From assembly GCF_018350175.1 (NCBI RefSeq), contig NC_058368.1, forward strand, positions 39,992,001 through 40,056,000: a stretch of 64,000 bases of DNA. The letters run 5' to 3'. Positions 41,374 through 54,371 of this stretch are shown one piece after another. The notes below the pieces were generated by a model. That model searched no databases. It was given only the letters and a program-made list of their open reading frames with translations, and was not told where the DNA came from. The position numbers were made by a program, and so were the translations under genes. The DNA comes from Felis catus. Its lineage: Eukaryota. Each line of letters begins with the position of its first letter. The first letter of the stretch is position 1.

Positions 41374-41577
41374 GGGTGCCTGGGTGGCTCAGTCAGGTAA
41401 GTGTCCAACTTTTGATTTTGGCTCAGGTCATGATTTCATGGTTTTGTGGGTTCAAGCCCCGCATCAGGCTCTGTGCTGATAGTGCGGAGCCTGCTTGGGA
41501 TTCACCCTCTCTCTGCCCCTCTCCAGTTGCGCTGTCTGTGTCTCTCTCTACTAAATAAATACACTTTTTAAAAAAAA
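41374..41577 (+). mobile_element. CanSINE
   Basis: TSD aaaag(t/c)aaatttagaa. Confidence 0.92.
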
Positions 41578-42353
41578 GCAAATTTAGAAAATTCCACAGA
41601 ATTACCAATTAATATAAAAAATGTGGATTATGGATTAGTAAAACAAAAGAATCTCACTATTTAGCTAGCAGACTGGCGTGGAGACTTTTCAGAAATTATA
41701 GAGCAATATTCTCTTTCTTTTTTTATCTTTGATCATCGTATAATTAAAGACAACCTTTTAACTTTCAAATGTTGAATTCTAAAGAAATCATTAGCAAAAT
41801 TGGCAGGAAAATGTTGACTCCTGGAATTCACCCCAAAACTATTAAACTTCTGGGGGTGATTTGTAATCTGAATTTTAAACAGGATCACAAGTTGATTTTT
41901 AAGTCAACAGCCTAGCAGAAATATCCAGACCACAGTTGGGGAACCATTCATCCAAAGCAGAATAAAAATAAGTGGGGCATTCTGAAAATTTATGCACAAT
42001 TTTCACTCAGGTAGTCACTGAAAGGAAACACTTACCTATTAAAAGTTAGCAGCATAGAAATGGTTAAGCATGGAAACAATAATATTAATTGCATAGTGCC
42101 TGACACATAGCTGACTCTCAATAAATGTCTGCCAAATGAATGGCCAATTCATTTAAAAAATGAATAATATGTCTTTTAATGAGACATCACTGAATCAGAA
42201 TAAAGAAAATGTGTTAGTACATAATTATAATACATAATATGTGAAATATACTATATGGAGTCAAGACTTTATGGGACACAGACCAAACAATGTTGGCCTT
42301 GATGGAAGCTTGTGGAAGCTAAGCATATTCCATATTGAAAACAGTCGTCTCTT

Positions 42354-42570
42354 GGGGCACCTGGGTGGCTCAGTCGGTTAAGCCCCCAACTTCAGCTCAG
42401 GTCATGATCTCACAGCTCAGCTTCTGAGTTTGAGCCCTGCGTCGGGTTCTGTGCTGACAGCTCAGAACCTGGAGCATGCTTCGGATTCTGCGATTCCCTC
42501 TCTCTCTCTGCCCCTCCCCCGCTTATGCTCTGTCTCTGTCTCTCAATAAATAAATAAACGTTAAAAAAAA
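42354..42570 (+). mobile_element. CanSINE
   Basis: TSD aaacagtc(g/a)tctct. Confidence 0.93.
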
Positions 42571-43344
42571 ATGTTTCAGCAAACAGTCATCTCTCCCACA
42601 ACTTTCTCAATATGCAGATACAGATGCATGAGGTACACTTCCCTTCCTCCAAAGAAGTTCATCCTTCCTAGAGAAATGGAAACTAAGACTCAGACAACCA
42701 TACCTTCTTTTTCTTAACTCAGCATATGGACTAGAGTACGTGCTGCTATTTTATCAACTTCAGTAATGAATTTCATTCAACACATATTGGATTGATAATC
42801 TAGCCTGTGTGCTCGTCCCTATAAATTGACCCTGAAGTCTTTTAGTAACCACAGATAAAGATGAGAGACTATTTCCTGATTTTATGGTTGCATTATTGAG
42901 TTGAAATTATTGTAATGTAGTCCACAATCAGCAGGCGCAACTGTAGCAAAGTGATTACATAGAAGTTTCAAATCACATCTTGACAACCTTTTCTTCCTCT
43001 TGCAATAATTCCTGAATATTATTTTCACATGACATCTTCTTAACAATACTTTAGTTTGTAAGAAATAATGATCTGGTAATTTCTTGGCAAATGTTTAGAT
43101 TATGTAGTTTAATAATGAGTACTAATTCGTTTCATCACAATATGTTAATCTTAACAACCAAGTAAATACACTATAATTAGAGAGCCATGGATCTAATTCC
43201 ATAAATGCAATGCATACCTTAGTAACTTCACATTAAAATTACAAACACAATATTAATTCACTTAGATTTGATATAAACTAAGAGCTGCACAAGTTAACTG
43301 AAAAACACAAAATTTTTTAGCAAGAAATCAAGAATATTATCTGG

Positions 43345-43458
43345 ATACACATATATATCCATATATATAATCTATATAATATAATATCCATATATATAAT
43401 AGCCATATACATATAATATACATATACATATAATATCCATATATATATAATATCCATT
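43345..43458 (+). repeat. AT-rich minisatellite, unit ~atatccatatatata
   Basis: Several imperfect copies of atatccatatatataat. Confidence 0.8.
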
Positions 43459-43461
43459 TTA

Positions 43462-43670
43462 GGGGCACCTGGCCTGACTCAATCATTTAAAAATCTGATT
43501 CTTGGTTTCAGCTCAGGTCATGATCTCATGGTTCATGAGTTTGAGTCCCCCAGTGGGCTCTGTGCTGTCAGAAGGGATTGATTCTCTGTCTCTCCTTCTC
43601 CCTTTCCAGCCCCTTCTCTCTCTCCCCGCCCCTCCCCACTGCCTCTCTCCCCCCCAAAAAATAAATAAAC
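43462..43670 (+). mobile_element. CanSINE (diverged)
   Basis: Head ggggcacctgg, gctcaggtcatgatctc, C-rich body, tail. Confidence 0.85.
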
Positions 43671-44399
43671 TTCACATAAATCTACATTATAACGTGGGAT
43701 TAAAGCAAAATGTCTTACAGTGACAAGATCCAATTTTTATGTTGAAATTCCCAATAAGAAAAGAGCAGCTCTTTTGGTCACCATGGGAAGATGGTACAGA
43801 CCTCTCTTAATTAAAAGGTCAGATATCAACACATAATAACACAGACACACACCAGAAAAGTATGAAAAATATTACTCACATCATAGGACTTTCTGAGAAG
43901 AGTGCGGCAGTGCATAGGGGGACCCAGAATTGGTTGGAGAGACTTAAGAAAATGAAAATGTGAGTGGCTTTGGTTGGGAGTGGGGTAAGGATTTGTAAGT
44001 AAACGAGTTTGTGTGGCTTGAACATCCCACAGATTGTCCAAGGCAAGGAGTGGGTCAGGCTTTCCTATCAGTTTGCCCAGATTTTGACCGAGAGAGGAAG
44101 AGGGAAGGCTGACACTTGAGACTTGTCATCAGGCAACAAGCCAACATAAAAAAAAATTGAGTCAGACTATCGCCATCTTTCAAAGGGAATTATCCCTATT
44201 AGATATTATTATTTTTAATAATTACTAACCATCTCTACCCTATCATGGGGATTTTAAACTCACTTTTTCATTAAATATTCAATTTCTAACTTCCTTCTGT
44301 GTTTGAAGCATGCTTCAAAGTTGTGAAACAAGACTTATCTGCCTTGTGGAGTCTATGTAGTTTATACATGGAGTTTGTATGGTGTTGGACAATAAAGAA

Positions 44400-45230
44400 A
44401 CAGATACAAAAGTATCTGATTGTTAACATCTTATAAATAAAATAAATGTGGGCATTATGGTAGAGAGTATCTGTGGCTGGCCTCAGAGTATATGGTCAGA
44501 GAAGGCTTCACAAGACAGACTTGCGAAGCAAGACCTGAATAACAAGAGCTAGTCAACCATGCAAGTGTCTGGGGGAAGAGCTGTTCACCCAGAGGCAGAA
44601 ACTTGTGCCAAATCTTGAAGTGGAACAAAGACTGCATGTTTAATACAAAAAAACCAACCAGTGTTGCTAGAGGGCAGAAAGACATAAAGAGAGTAATAGA
44701 AGGGGATGTTGGAGAGGGAGTCAGAAGGCACTTCACCTAGGATCTTGAAAACTGAGATTAGAGGGACTTTTATTCAAAGGCTAATGGGAAGGTACAGAAA
44801 TTTTTAAGCAGGGGAGTCAATGGCCCAATTTATTTGTTATTTACTTAGTACTGGGTCACAATGTTTGCAGTCTAGAGTAGAGAGGACGAAACTCCAAGTG
44901 TAAGACCACTTTGGGAAGTTTTAAGGTGACCTAGGAAAAAAAATTATGGCACTTTCTCTTGGGTGGTGATAGTGGATGTAGAAAAAGATGAAATCTTTGG
45001 AGTATATTTTTGGATAAAACTGACAGTATTGGTTGAGAGAGATAAGAAAAAGAAAGGAATGAAGAGTGACTTTGGTTTTGTTTATTTGGTTGGTGTTTGG
45101 TTTTTGGCCTGATTTGTGGATAAGATGATCACGACATTTACTGAAATGGGGGGGGGGGGGGAGGGGAGTGGTGGTGTGAGAATTAAAAATTATTCTTTGT
45201 GAATATTAATTATATGATAACTATTTGAAA
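44400..45230 (-). mobile_element. L2 fragment
   Basis: ggtcagagaaggcttc, gcaagacctgaa, ttttaagcaggggagt, atttactgaaatggg. Confidence 0.7.
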
Positions 45231-46554
45231 TTTAAAAAAATTAAAACATACAGCAGTTTGTTAGATTCTCCACACCTGAAAGTCTTCATTTACCAAGTAA
45301 TTACAGATGAGTTACCATGTGGTGGGTAAAGGACACGTGGTAAAGTTGCTTTCAGATCACTATTTTTTCCTGTGACCATTGACTCTCAGTAATTACCATA
45401 CATTCCTTAGACAACATAATAGCCAATAATTAAAAATATATTTACGATGTTAATCACTGTCATAGGTGTTGTGAAGAATATAAGGCATAATAATAAAGAG
45501 CCCTACTACAGCAGAGTGTTGCCTTCAGTTCATATTAGGATATTTTCCCTTTCCAAAGTCATTTTAAAGTGCTTTGCTCTAGTCCAGTTTTATTTTAAGG
45601 CATGCACTATTAATGGTGTCTTGTAGTAACTGCTTTGGATCACAATGGATCCTGTAAGATTTATGTTGCACCTTTAGCTATAAAATCCTGACAACATCTA
45701 TTTTTCTGGAAAGTTTTTATATTATCATTTTAGCCTCAATCCAGAGTTATTCCTTTTAATGTGGAAAAAGTTATAAACTGGCAACATCTACTCAGTTCTT
45801 ACAGTGCATAACAATATTCTATATTCCTAGGAGAAGTTTTTATCTTTATTCACCTTTCCTTTCTTTCTCATGTAAAAGTCTCAAACCATTACTAAAAAAA
45901 GAAAGGGGGCAGGCATTTTAAGAATGTCTTATGTAATCATTGCATCTTGTTTTGCTATGAAAATTCCCTGTACATGGATTAAATTAAGTGGTACAGATAC
46001 TCCCCAACTCATACACTTGTTATCTCTTACTTTCTGTTTACAACAACTTTCCATACAGGCAATTCACAAACAATGAGGCAACCATAAAAGATACCCTATA
46101 CTTGTTACAAGGCAGGACAAGACTATATATTCAGAAAAATTGACAATAGTGCCTATAGATTTTGAAAATACAAGCTTGTTTTCATACATTTATTTCATGG
46201 TAACTATTTCAGGGTAACAAAAGGATTTTGGAGGCTGAAATATTTTTTACAACTAATAGATTAATAAAACTTATGTAGGACGAATGAAAGAATATAATGC
46301 AAAATTCCACAAAAGCTTCAGTTTATAAAGCCTCATTCTCAAAAGCATTAAAAAAAAACAACAACAACAAAGAATAAAAACAATCCCCAACTGTTACTTT
46401 AACTCTGACACAAGGATCATCCACCTTAATCAATTATCTGGGTAGGATGAATAACAATAATGATGCTTCAGTTTGCCATGTTACTAACAGCAGTGGGTGG
46501 TTATCGCAAAATAAAAATAAGAAAATCAATTCTTCTAAAATCCTATTTGTTCTC

Positions 46555-46762
46555 TTTTTAAAGTGTATTTATTTTGAGAGGGGGAGAGTGTGCATGCATG
46601 AGCAGGGGAGGGGAAGAAAGAGAGGGTGAAAGACAATCCCAAGCAGGCTCTGCTGACAGCGTGAAGTCCGACGTAGGGCTCCATCATGAGAACCTTGAGA
46701 TCATGACCTCAGCTGAAATCAAGAGTCAGATGCTCACCCAACTACGCCATTGAGGTGCCCCT
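46555..46762 (-). mobile_element. CanSINE
   Basis: gagatcatgacc...aaatcaagagtc motifs; TSD tgttct. Confidence 0.88.
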
Positions 46763-47062
46763 GTTCTTTTCAATAAAAATACTGTCGATGAGAATTTTAG
46801 TTGTGTCAAGTAGTTTATAATCCGTGATCACTTGTTCTTAAATAAAATATTTAGGCATTTATGTAGTATGCAAATGCATTTCTGTGTGTGAATATGTACA
46901 TAGGGGTACAAATGGAGGATTTACAGTGTGTATCTTTCACTCTATGGATTTCATTATATTAAGGTAATGACACAAGGAGAGACATATTGACAATATCCAA
47001 TATGTGAAACACTTTTTTTCAGAATCAGATTAAGACCCTGTGCCTGAATGGCTTAGAAATTA

Positions 47063-47298
47063 GGGGGGCGCCTGGGTGGCGCAGTTGGTTAAGCGTCCGA
47101 CTTCAGCCAGGTCACGATCTCACGGTCCGGGAGTTCGAGCCCCGCATCAGGCTCTGGGCTGATGGCTCAGAGCCTGGAGCTGTTTCCGATTCTGTGTCTC
47201 CCTCTCTCTCTGCCCCTCCCCCGTTCATGCTCTGTCTCTCTCTGTCCCAAAAATAAATAAACGTTGAAAAAAAAAATTAAAAAAAAAAAAAAGAAAAA
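47063..47298 (+). mobile_element. Young felid CanSINE
   Basis: Near-consensus; TSD agaaattag. Confidence 0.97.
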
Positions 47299-47759
47299 GA
47301 AATTAGAGTCAGTACATTTTGGAAAGCATAATAATCCTGTTATTTAGAATAAAGAAAGATTGCTTCCTATTGGTTGGTATTTAAGAAGGCTATGTTTAAA
47401 ATGTAAAATGTGAGCTAGGACTTGGAGGATTAGTAGGATTTCAACAAGCCTGTATAATAATTTAAGTTAATAACAGAGACATAACAGAGTCATGAAGGAG
47501 GACATTAAAAGATGCCAAAAAAATCTAAGTAATTGGTATGTGATTATGAATTCTGAGGAAAAACACTGGAAAGGGGATCTGGAAGTAGACTGGTTTTTGT
47601 TCATTTTATGATGCTATGCTAAAAAGCCGAATATAACTTGGTTCATTTTGTATAATCACAGCTATGAAAAGAACAATAGACTTTGACAGCAACTATGGTT
47701 GTATATGAGTCTTAGAATCAGTGTCTTATTTCTTTCCTTTTCAGTTTTGTTTAGATCGA

Positions 47760-48766
47760 AAATTTCTATTAAGTTACCCATTTGCATTTAAAATCAACCA
47801 AGCTCTACAGAGATCCCAGAGAGTGGACTATGGTAAGAATACTATGGTAAGATTTCTTTGATAGCTTCTGCCAGTTTTCCCAGGATCCTATCTGCGGGCT
47901 CTCCAGCTGAGAGCGATCCTGAGGATCTCATTTATTTAGCTAAGTTTTGGGTTTCTCAGAGCCAAGTTAATACCTAAATAGGGGTGTGCTGCTAAGTTAG
48001 GAATTTGGTGGTTTCACAGTGTATCTTGTTGCACAGACATTTTCTCAAGGTTGGCAGGTGACCTTGTGTCAATCTAATGTATTCCATGACCAACTTATCC
48101 AAGCACAGAGTTAGGTGGTGAGCAATCTAACAGCTCTTAAGGGCATGACCCCTGTCCGCCAATTTTGCAGCTTGGATTCCGAGTTGCCCACTGATCAATT
48201 TTCACAAGATTTCTTTATTGTGGTGGACGCCCTAATGGCCTTTAACAGTCTGACCTGTGCCCACTTACATTTTGATGTGCCATTCCTCAAAACAGTCCAA
48301 ATGTCTTGCTTTATTTCCTCAAGTTCCCCGGTGGTTTATGCTGTGGACTTACCTCAAGGCTCTTGTGAGTCCCTCCACGGTTGCCTTCTTCCTGGCTTTA
48401 GGCCAGGGGTACCATTATAATCCTAATTCAACCAGTCGGTAAAGTTTCCGGCTGCCTGTGCACAGTTCCTAAACCCTGTTAAGTTCTCGCGAAGGCGCCT
48501 ACCATGTACACGAGGTCAGCCTCAAACCCAAATGCTGCCTGTGCCCCACTAGGTCTCACCGAAACTTTTGGATCCTCACACCCCAATTTTGCACCTGGGA
48601 GCATGAAAAGAAACGAACTCGAAGAGCTCGGAACGCCGGATAAGCGGAGCTCCCTCGGAGAAAAGCTTACCTATCTCAGCGAGCGGCAGAAGCAGCGACC
48701 AAAAAGGCTCCAGGAGAGGCTTCGCCTGCGTGTAGGGGCAATCCTGAGCTCTCAGCAGCTGGCTCG
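47760..48766 (-). mobile_element. ERV internal leader region, truncated; no gag/pol/env ORF and no 3' LTR seen
   Basis: Follows the LTR and PBS. Consensus splice donors AG|GTAAGC (intron starts 48670) and AG|GTAAGT (intron starts 48352). GC content is higher than in the flanks. Confidence 0.6.
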
Positions 48767-48975
48767 GGTCCCATCTCCTTGCCACGACTGTCACAGGGCA
48801 AAACTAAAACTATTTGGTAATGAGTTTGATGCCCTTTCCCCCAGGTGAAACAGCGCACGGATCAGAGGACTCCGGCACCTCCCCAGCGGCGCAGGCTGCT
48901 TCCGGGGGATTTTGGGCGGGAGTCTTTGACCCTGGAAAACCCAGAGGCGGGAACCAGGCGGGATTGGCTGGGAGC
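48480..48975 (-). promoter_or_regulatory. CpG-rich promoter-like patch in the LTR and leader
   Basis: About 28 CpGs in ~480 bp by manual count, three GGCGGG boxes (48914-48962), inverted CCAAT (gattggctg ~48962-48970) and an ETS core cttccgg (~48899-48905). Confidence 0.5.
48767..48784 (-). other. Retroviral primer-binding-site-like motif (TGGCAAGGAGATGGGACC)
   Basis: Begins 4 nt after the LTR-terminal CA and starts with TGG. It resembles the tRNA-Arg(CCU)-type PBS TGGCACCCCAGATGGGAC (tRNA assignment is inference). Confidence 0.55.
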
Positions 48976-49180
48976 TTGTGCACCTGACTTACTTAGAAAG
49001 ATCGAGGAACTAGGAAATAAGTATAGAGCCCAGAGTTAGCTTAGGTTTTGGGCATTGGCTCACTGGATATACTAAATTCTTGGTCAAGCTATATTTACAG
49101 GAATATAAAAGTTCAGTTTGCTGACTTTCCAGGGACAGAAGAGGAGAGGCTCCATCTTGGGTCTGAAATTTATTTTAACA
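48789..49180 (-). mobile_element. ERV (ERV1-like) 5' LTR, ~390 bp
   Basis: The minus strand starts TGTTAAAATAAATTTCAGACCCAAGATGGAG and ends ...GCCCTGTGACA (TG...CA). It contains CCAAT and GC boxes and is directly followed by a PBS-like TGG... sequence. Confidence 0.7.
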
Positions 49181-51009
49181 GGGACAAATTTAGTCTGTAC
49201 GCATAGCCTGAAGCTCTAACTGTTCTGTGCCAATGTCTGCATGTTTTCAAAGTCGTAATTGACTGTTCAAAGCAGAAAAAAATTGTAAATAAAATTTGGG
49301 AATCTTTGAAGATCATATAGTCATATGAATTATTTTTGTTTCAACGAATTGTCAAAGTTTGAGAAAGGACGTTGATCAATATCTTGATTCATGTAATAAG
49401 AGAGATAATTTATAAAAACAATTCTAGTGAATATGATTCCCATACCAGAGAAGCCTTTAAGATGCTAATAATTACAAGTTAGTGTTACCATTTTATTATA
49501 AAATATATTTTATATAACCGTTAATTAATATATTAGCATTATTATATTATCAGGAAATAAAATAACCATTTTTTCCAATGGAATGTGCATTCTACTATAT
49601 ATAGCCTCTGACTTTTCAATAACTTTTTTAATATGCATTTCAAAAATTTAGAATTATATACTACAAAATATATTCGCATGCATAGGTATGGAAATTTAGT
49701 TGACCAAAATATTTATTCCTCTCTCCATATTTTTCCATAAATCCATCATTTGTTTTGCACTTAAGTTACTACAATAATTTTTGGTCATTATTGTAACAAG
49801 TACTGTGTCCACTAACTTAAAAATAAACTTGTTATTTAGGTACAGTGCTTATTCTGTTGCAAAAGTGAAATTTTAATGATTAAATTCATGAAATTTAACT
49901 GATAATGTAACTAGAGGAGTTATACCCATCAAGAATTTTTAAAGTACATGGAAACTGATCATCAGAGGAAAGCTTATAACTGGGTCCAAGAATACCAAGA
50001 AATAGTAATTACTCCAATTATTTATTCACCTACTATGAGCCAGATGACTTTTCAGATGTTGTAAATCTGTATTATGTCTAACCTTTACGAAATATAGGTA
50101 CTTTGATTCTTCAGACTACAGAGGATCGACTTTTAACACTGTTGTCACATATCAGAGAGCTGATAAACGGCTGTGCTGATGATAGGAAACAAGTGTCTAC
50201 CAAAGCTGAAGCTGTTTTACTTCTACACTGTGTTCCCTTTGAGGTTAGCTGTGAGCACAATATGCATTTTCTGGTTTTATTTCCTGTAATCTCTGAATTC
50301 AATGCAGAGTTCTGAAATGCAGTACTTAGATTACTGAGGATTTCCTTGATTCTTCTGACCGATATAGGCTCCTACACTCTGATGCTAGGAGAAATATAAA
50401 TTATATTCTCCGGTTTGGAGAATAGAGAACTGGCATGATAATTTTCTTCTTTTTACAAACATCGAATAATTTTTGCACTAATTTGTCTAAAATTAAAGTT
50501 TACATTTTAATGCTGTTTTCCACAGAGCAGTGTTCCTCAGAAACTATTTTCTTGCTGATGTCATCTTGAGACATTAGAGAAACACAAGTGTTGAATAATA
50601 ATGAAGTTGCCAGATTTGGAACATTAGCACTCTTCCTGTACCCACTATACACAGACACATATATAGGCAGAGCACTCCATGGTCTTGCTTTTGTGTTTTA
50701 TAAATATGTTCTGGATAAAATGAAAAATAAAAGACATCCTTAAAACCTGCTTGATTTACCAGAGGAAAAAAGTATTGAACTCAACAACAAAAACAAAACT
50801 CAAGGAAGGGAGAAGTGGGTTACAAGAAAAAAAAGGGAGAGGGAAAATTAATTCACAAAATATTAATGTCATAAAAGAGTCATAATCTTTTATTAAGTGA
50901 AATAATTAATTTTATTAAGTGAAATAATATTAGTTAGCTACAAAACATATATGTATATATGCTATGATCCTACTTTTTAAAAACTCTATATATACACTGA
51001 AATATTGAA

Positions 51010-51219
51010 GGGTGCCTGGGTGGCTCAGTCAGGTAAGCATCCAAATTTGGCTCAGATCATAATCTCGCAGTTCCTGAATTCCAGCCCCACATCGGGCTCT
51101 CTGCTGTCAGCATAGAGCCTGCTTAGATTTCTCTCTCCCTCTCTCTGCCCCTCCCCCACCCGTGTGTGTGCTCTCTGTCTCTATCAAAAATAAACAAACA
51201 TTAATTTTTTTTAAAAAAA
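51010..51219 (+). mobile_element. CanSINE
   Basis: TSD gaaatattgaa. Confidence 0.92.
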
Positions 51220-53668
51220 GAAATATTGAAATATAAAAAGATATTTATAAATATATTTTCTAGTGCTGTCTAAAATAAAGGAAAAGACCATGAAGAGGGG
51301 GGAAGTCAGAGGCTTAAATTATCAAAATGTGAAATAGTTGGACATCAAAAATAACATTCACAGTATTGAAAATGTATTACAACCTCAGAATTTAGATTTA
51401 TAACCTCTATGACAGAAAAGAGTAGATGTTCTCAATCCATAGACATTTTCCAAATTTGTTTTGGTTTTAGTGATAAGGTATACTTGACAAAAAAAAAATG
51501 GCAAAGGAAAGGCATAGGCAATCCCCAACTGATGAAATACAAATAACATCAACAACAAGAGGTAATAACATAATAACCACACAAAAAGTCACAGGCAAAT
51601 AACAACAATAAGAGATATAATTTTCCACTTACTAACTTGGAAAAGGTAGACATTAGTAGCTAATTTAGTGTTAATAATGTTTAAAGGATGGCTTCACTCA
51701 GTGTTGCTGAGAGTATAAGTCGATTAAAATTTCTAGAAAGCAAATAGGCAATGGGCATTGCAAGCCTTTGAATATTTCAAAAATCTTTATGCAAATACTT
51801 CACCTATAACTTAAATTCCCATATAATATTCAGAAGTATGAACTAATACAGACACCTACGCCAGTTCCTGAAAATAACGTGTATATTATCCAGAAAAAAA
51901 CAATCTAAATTTTAAATAGCTGGAAACTGATTAGATAAATTAACATATTGACAAAGACAGAATTAGTACAGCGTTAGTAAAGTCTGTCTCAAACATATTC
52001 TAATATCATAAATTAGTCACAATATTTTATTAAATGAAATGAGTTAGGTAGAAAACTGTATACATGTGATATTGTTCCAATTTTTAAAATCCAAAATATA
52101 TATGCACTGACATATTAGAAAATTCATTACTCCCTGAATTTCTAAATGCCGGAAATAGAGGTAACGAATTTTCTACATATTCTCAACAGAAATACATTGT
52201 TTTATAACCAGACGAAAACCATAAATACTGTTTGAAAAATAAAGTAAAATGAGTTGAAGTGGAATTAGGTAAACAAACCACTGGCATCATAAGGCATTTC
52301 CTTCTCCAGCTGCTCTTCTGGCTCGTCAGCCCATTTGAAGCAGTGAGAAGCCATTAGAGCAGGTGGCTGCTCATTTTATTTTGATATGGAAGATTAACCC
52401 CAGAATTATTTCTGCATTTACTAGAAAACAGTGAGTCATGACAATTGTAAAAACCATCTCCACCGATATACACTCAAATTCTTTTATATCAGGGCTTACT
52501 GTCACATGGGATGAGTGTTAGAAAAGGATCTAAATTATGCAGAATACCTAAAGTATTATTATTTAAATTTTCAGTGTTAGCCACTGTGTACAAAAATAAA
52601 ATGGAAGGGCAATCACTAACAATACCACATTATTAGTTGTATTATTTAAACCATGAAAGTGACATTGTAACTAATAATCTGGTGTTGAGGCAAATCAACA
52701 ATCTGTCTATAACCCAAGAAAGTGGATATTTATCAGTTATTTTTTATTGAAATTAACCTAAAATAAGTCTGTCCATAAGCACATTTTCTATTCTGTGTTC
52801 AGTAGTGGCTATGCTATATTCCCTCCAGATTCCTTTTGTTAATTAAATATCAACACATTTTAGATCAATACTAGTACTGGGGCTATTTTGACCTTGTATT
52901 TGAAAAAGGCTCTATTTCAGGGATAAGACATGCAAGATAAATTTAGAAGAAAAAATAATTGACATTTAGTTTGCATTGTTTGGTAGGTTCAAAGAATTAG
53001 TGTTTGTGAATTTGGCCAGAATATTAGTATTATCACACTGCAACCAGCATTTGTCAGCTCACATCAAGAGCATCATCCACTTCTATAGAACTGTATTTGG
53101 GGTTTTGAGGCCATGTAACAAGAAACCAATTGATAATAATGAAAGATAGATTGTAGTTAAAATAATTGTACAACATTTAGGAAATTGCTAGCGATAGACA
53201 TTTATCTTTAGAACAAAATAAATACCTGTTAAACTATCTCAAACAAAATTCCCTATAGACATAATACATGCAGTTTGTAAATTAGGTTATACTGGAGACT
53301 ACCTTAATTCTTTAATCTTTTAAACCACACATTGTATTTAATATTTGAAAAGATATTAATATTTAATTTTCATTAATAGGGACATTCTGTCAGTCTTATT
53401 ATATATGATGTTTGATGTCTTGGCAAACTATTAAAACCTAAAATGATAGTACATCAACAGGTTAATTTGGGGATGAAATATTTAACTTGTTAAAAATGTA
53501 ACTTGTGAGAGTTAATTTTTATATGTCAATTTAACTCAATTCTGGTGCCCAGTTGTTCTGTCAAACAGTAGTCTAGATGTTGCTGCAAAGGCTCTCTGTT
53601 TATAGTTGAGTTTAATTAAAGATTACTCTTTATAATTTAAGTGGGCCTAATCCAATCAGTAGAGGGCC

Positions 53669-53929
53669 TTTTTTTTTTAAGTTTATTCATTTATTATTTC
53701 TGAGAGAGAGTGCGAGAGAGAGCGCACAAGTGCACAAGCGGGGGAGGGGCAGAGTCAGAGGGAGACACAGGATCCAAAGCCGACTCCAGGCTCTGAACAG
53801 TCAGCATAAAGCCCTACACGGGGCTTGAACCCACGAACTGCAAAACCTTGAACTGCAAGATCATGAACTGCAAGATAGTGACCTGAAGTGAAGTTGGTCG
53901 CTTAACCGACTGAGCCACCCAGGCACCCC
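53669..53929 (-). mobile_element. CanSINE inside an MLT2 LTR
   Basis: TSD ccaatcagt(a/t)gaggg; internal gaactgcaa triplication. Confidence 0.92.
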
Positions 53930-54068
53930 CAATCAGTTGAGGGTCTTAAAAGACTCAGATTTCTTGAATAAGCTATTCTGTCTCAAAATTGCAACATAAC
54001 TCTCCAAGTTTCCAGCGTGCTGGCCTGTCCGGCAGATTTTGGAGACATGAGTGAAATGTCAACTCTTT

Positions 54069-54071
<3 letters not shown>

Positions 54072-54116
<45 letters not shown>

Positions 54117-54165
54117 TGTGTGTATATATATATATAATATATATATATTATATATATATGTATAT
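54072..54165 (+). repeat. (TG)n followed by (TA)-rich compound microsatellite
   Basis: Seen directly. Confidence 0.95.
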
Positions 54166-54371
54166 TTTAATGTTTACTTATTTTTGAAGGAGAGAGAGAC
54201 AGAACGCGAGCAGGTGAAGGGCAGAGAGAGTGGGAGACACAGTGTCCCAAGCAGGCACCAGGCTCTGGGCTGTCAACACAGAGCCTAATGCAGGGCTCCA
54301 ACCCACATGCTGTGAGATCATGATCTGAGCCGAAGTAAGTCGCCCAACCAACTGAGCCACCCAGGTGCCCC
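54165..54371 (-). mobile_element. CanSINE inside an MLT2 LTR
   Basis: Standard structure; the tail runs into a (TG)n(TA)n microsatellite. Confidence 0.92.

Noticed and set aside
48504..48848. 114-aa + strand ORF and neighbouring ORFs (48115-49039)
   Set aside because: They run antisense to the ERV LTR/leader, and GC richness lowers stop frequency there. No recognisable gag or host protein motif.
50889..50928. Short tandem duplications (also ~36258-36292 and ~47828-47852)
   Set aside because: Ordinary 14-22 bp slippage duplications with no further structure.
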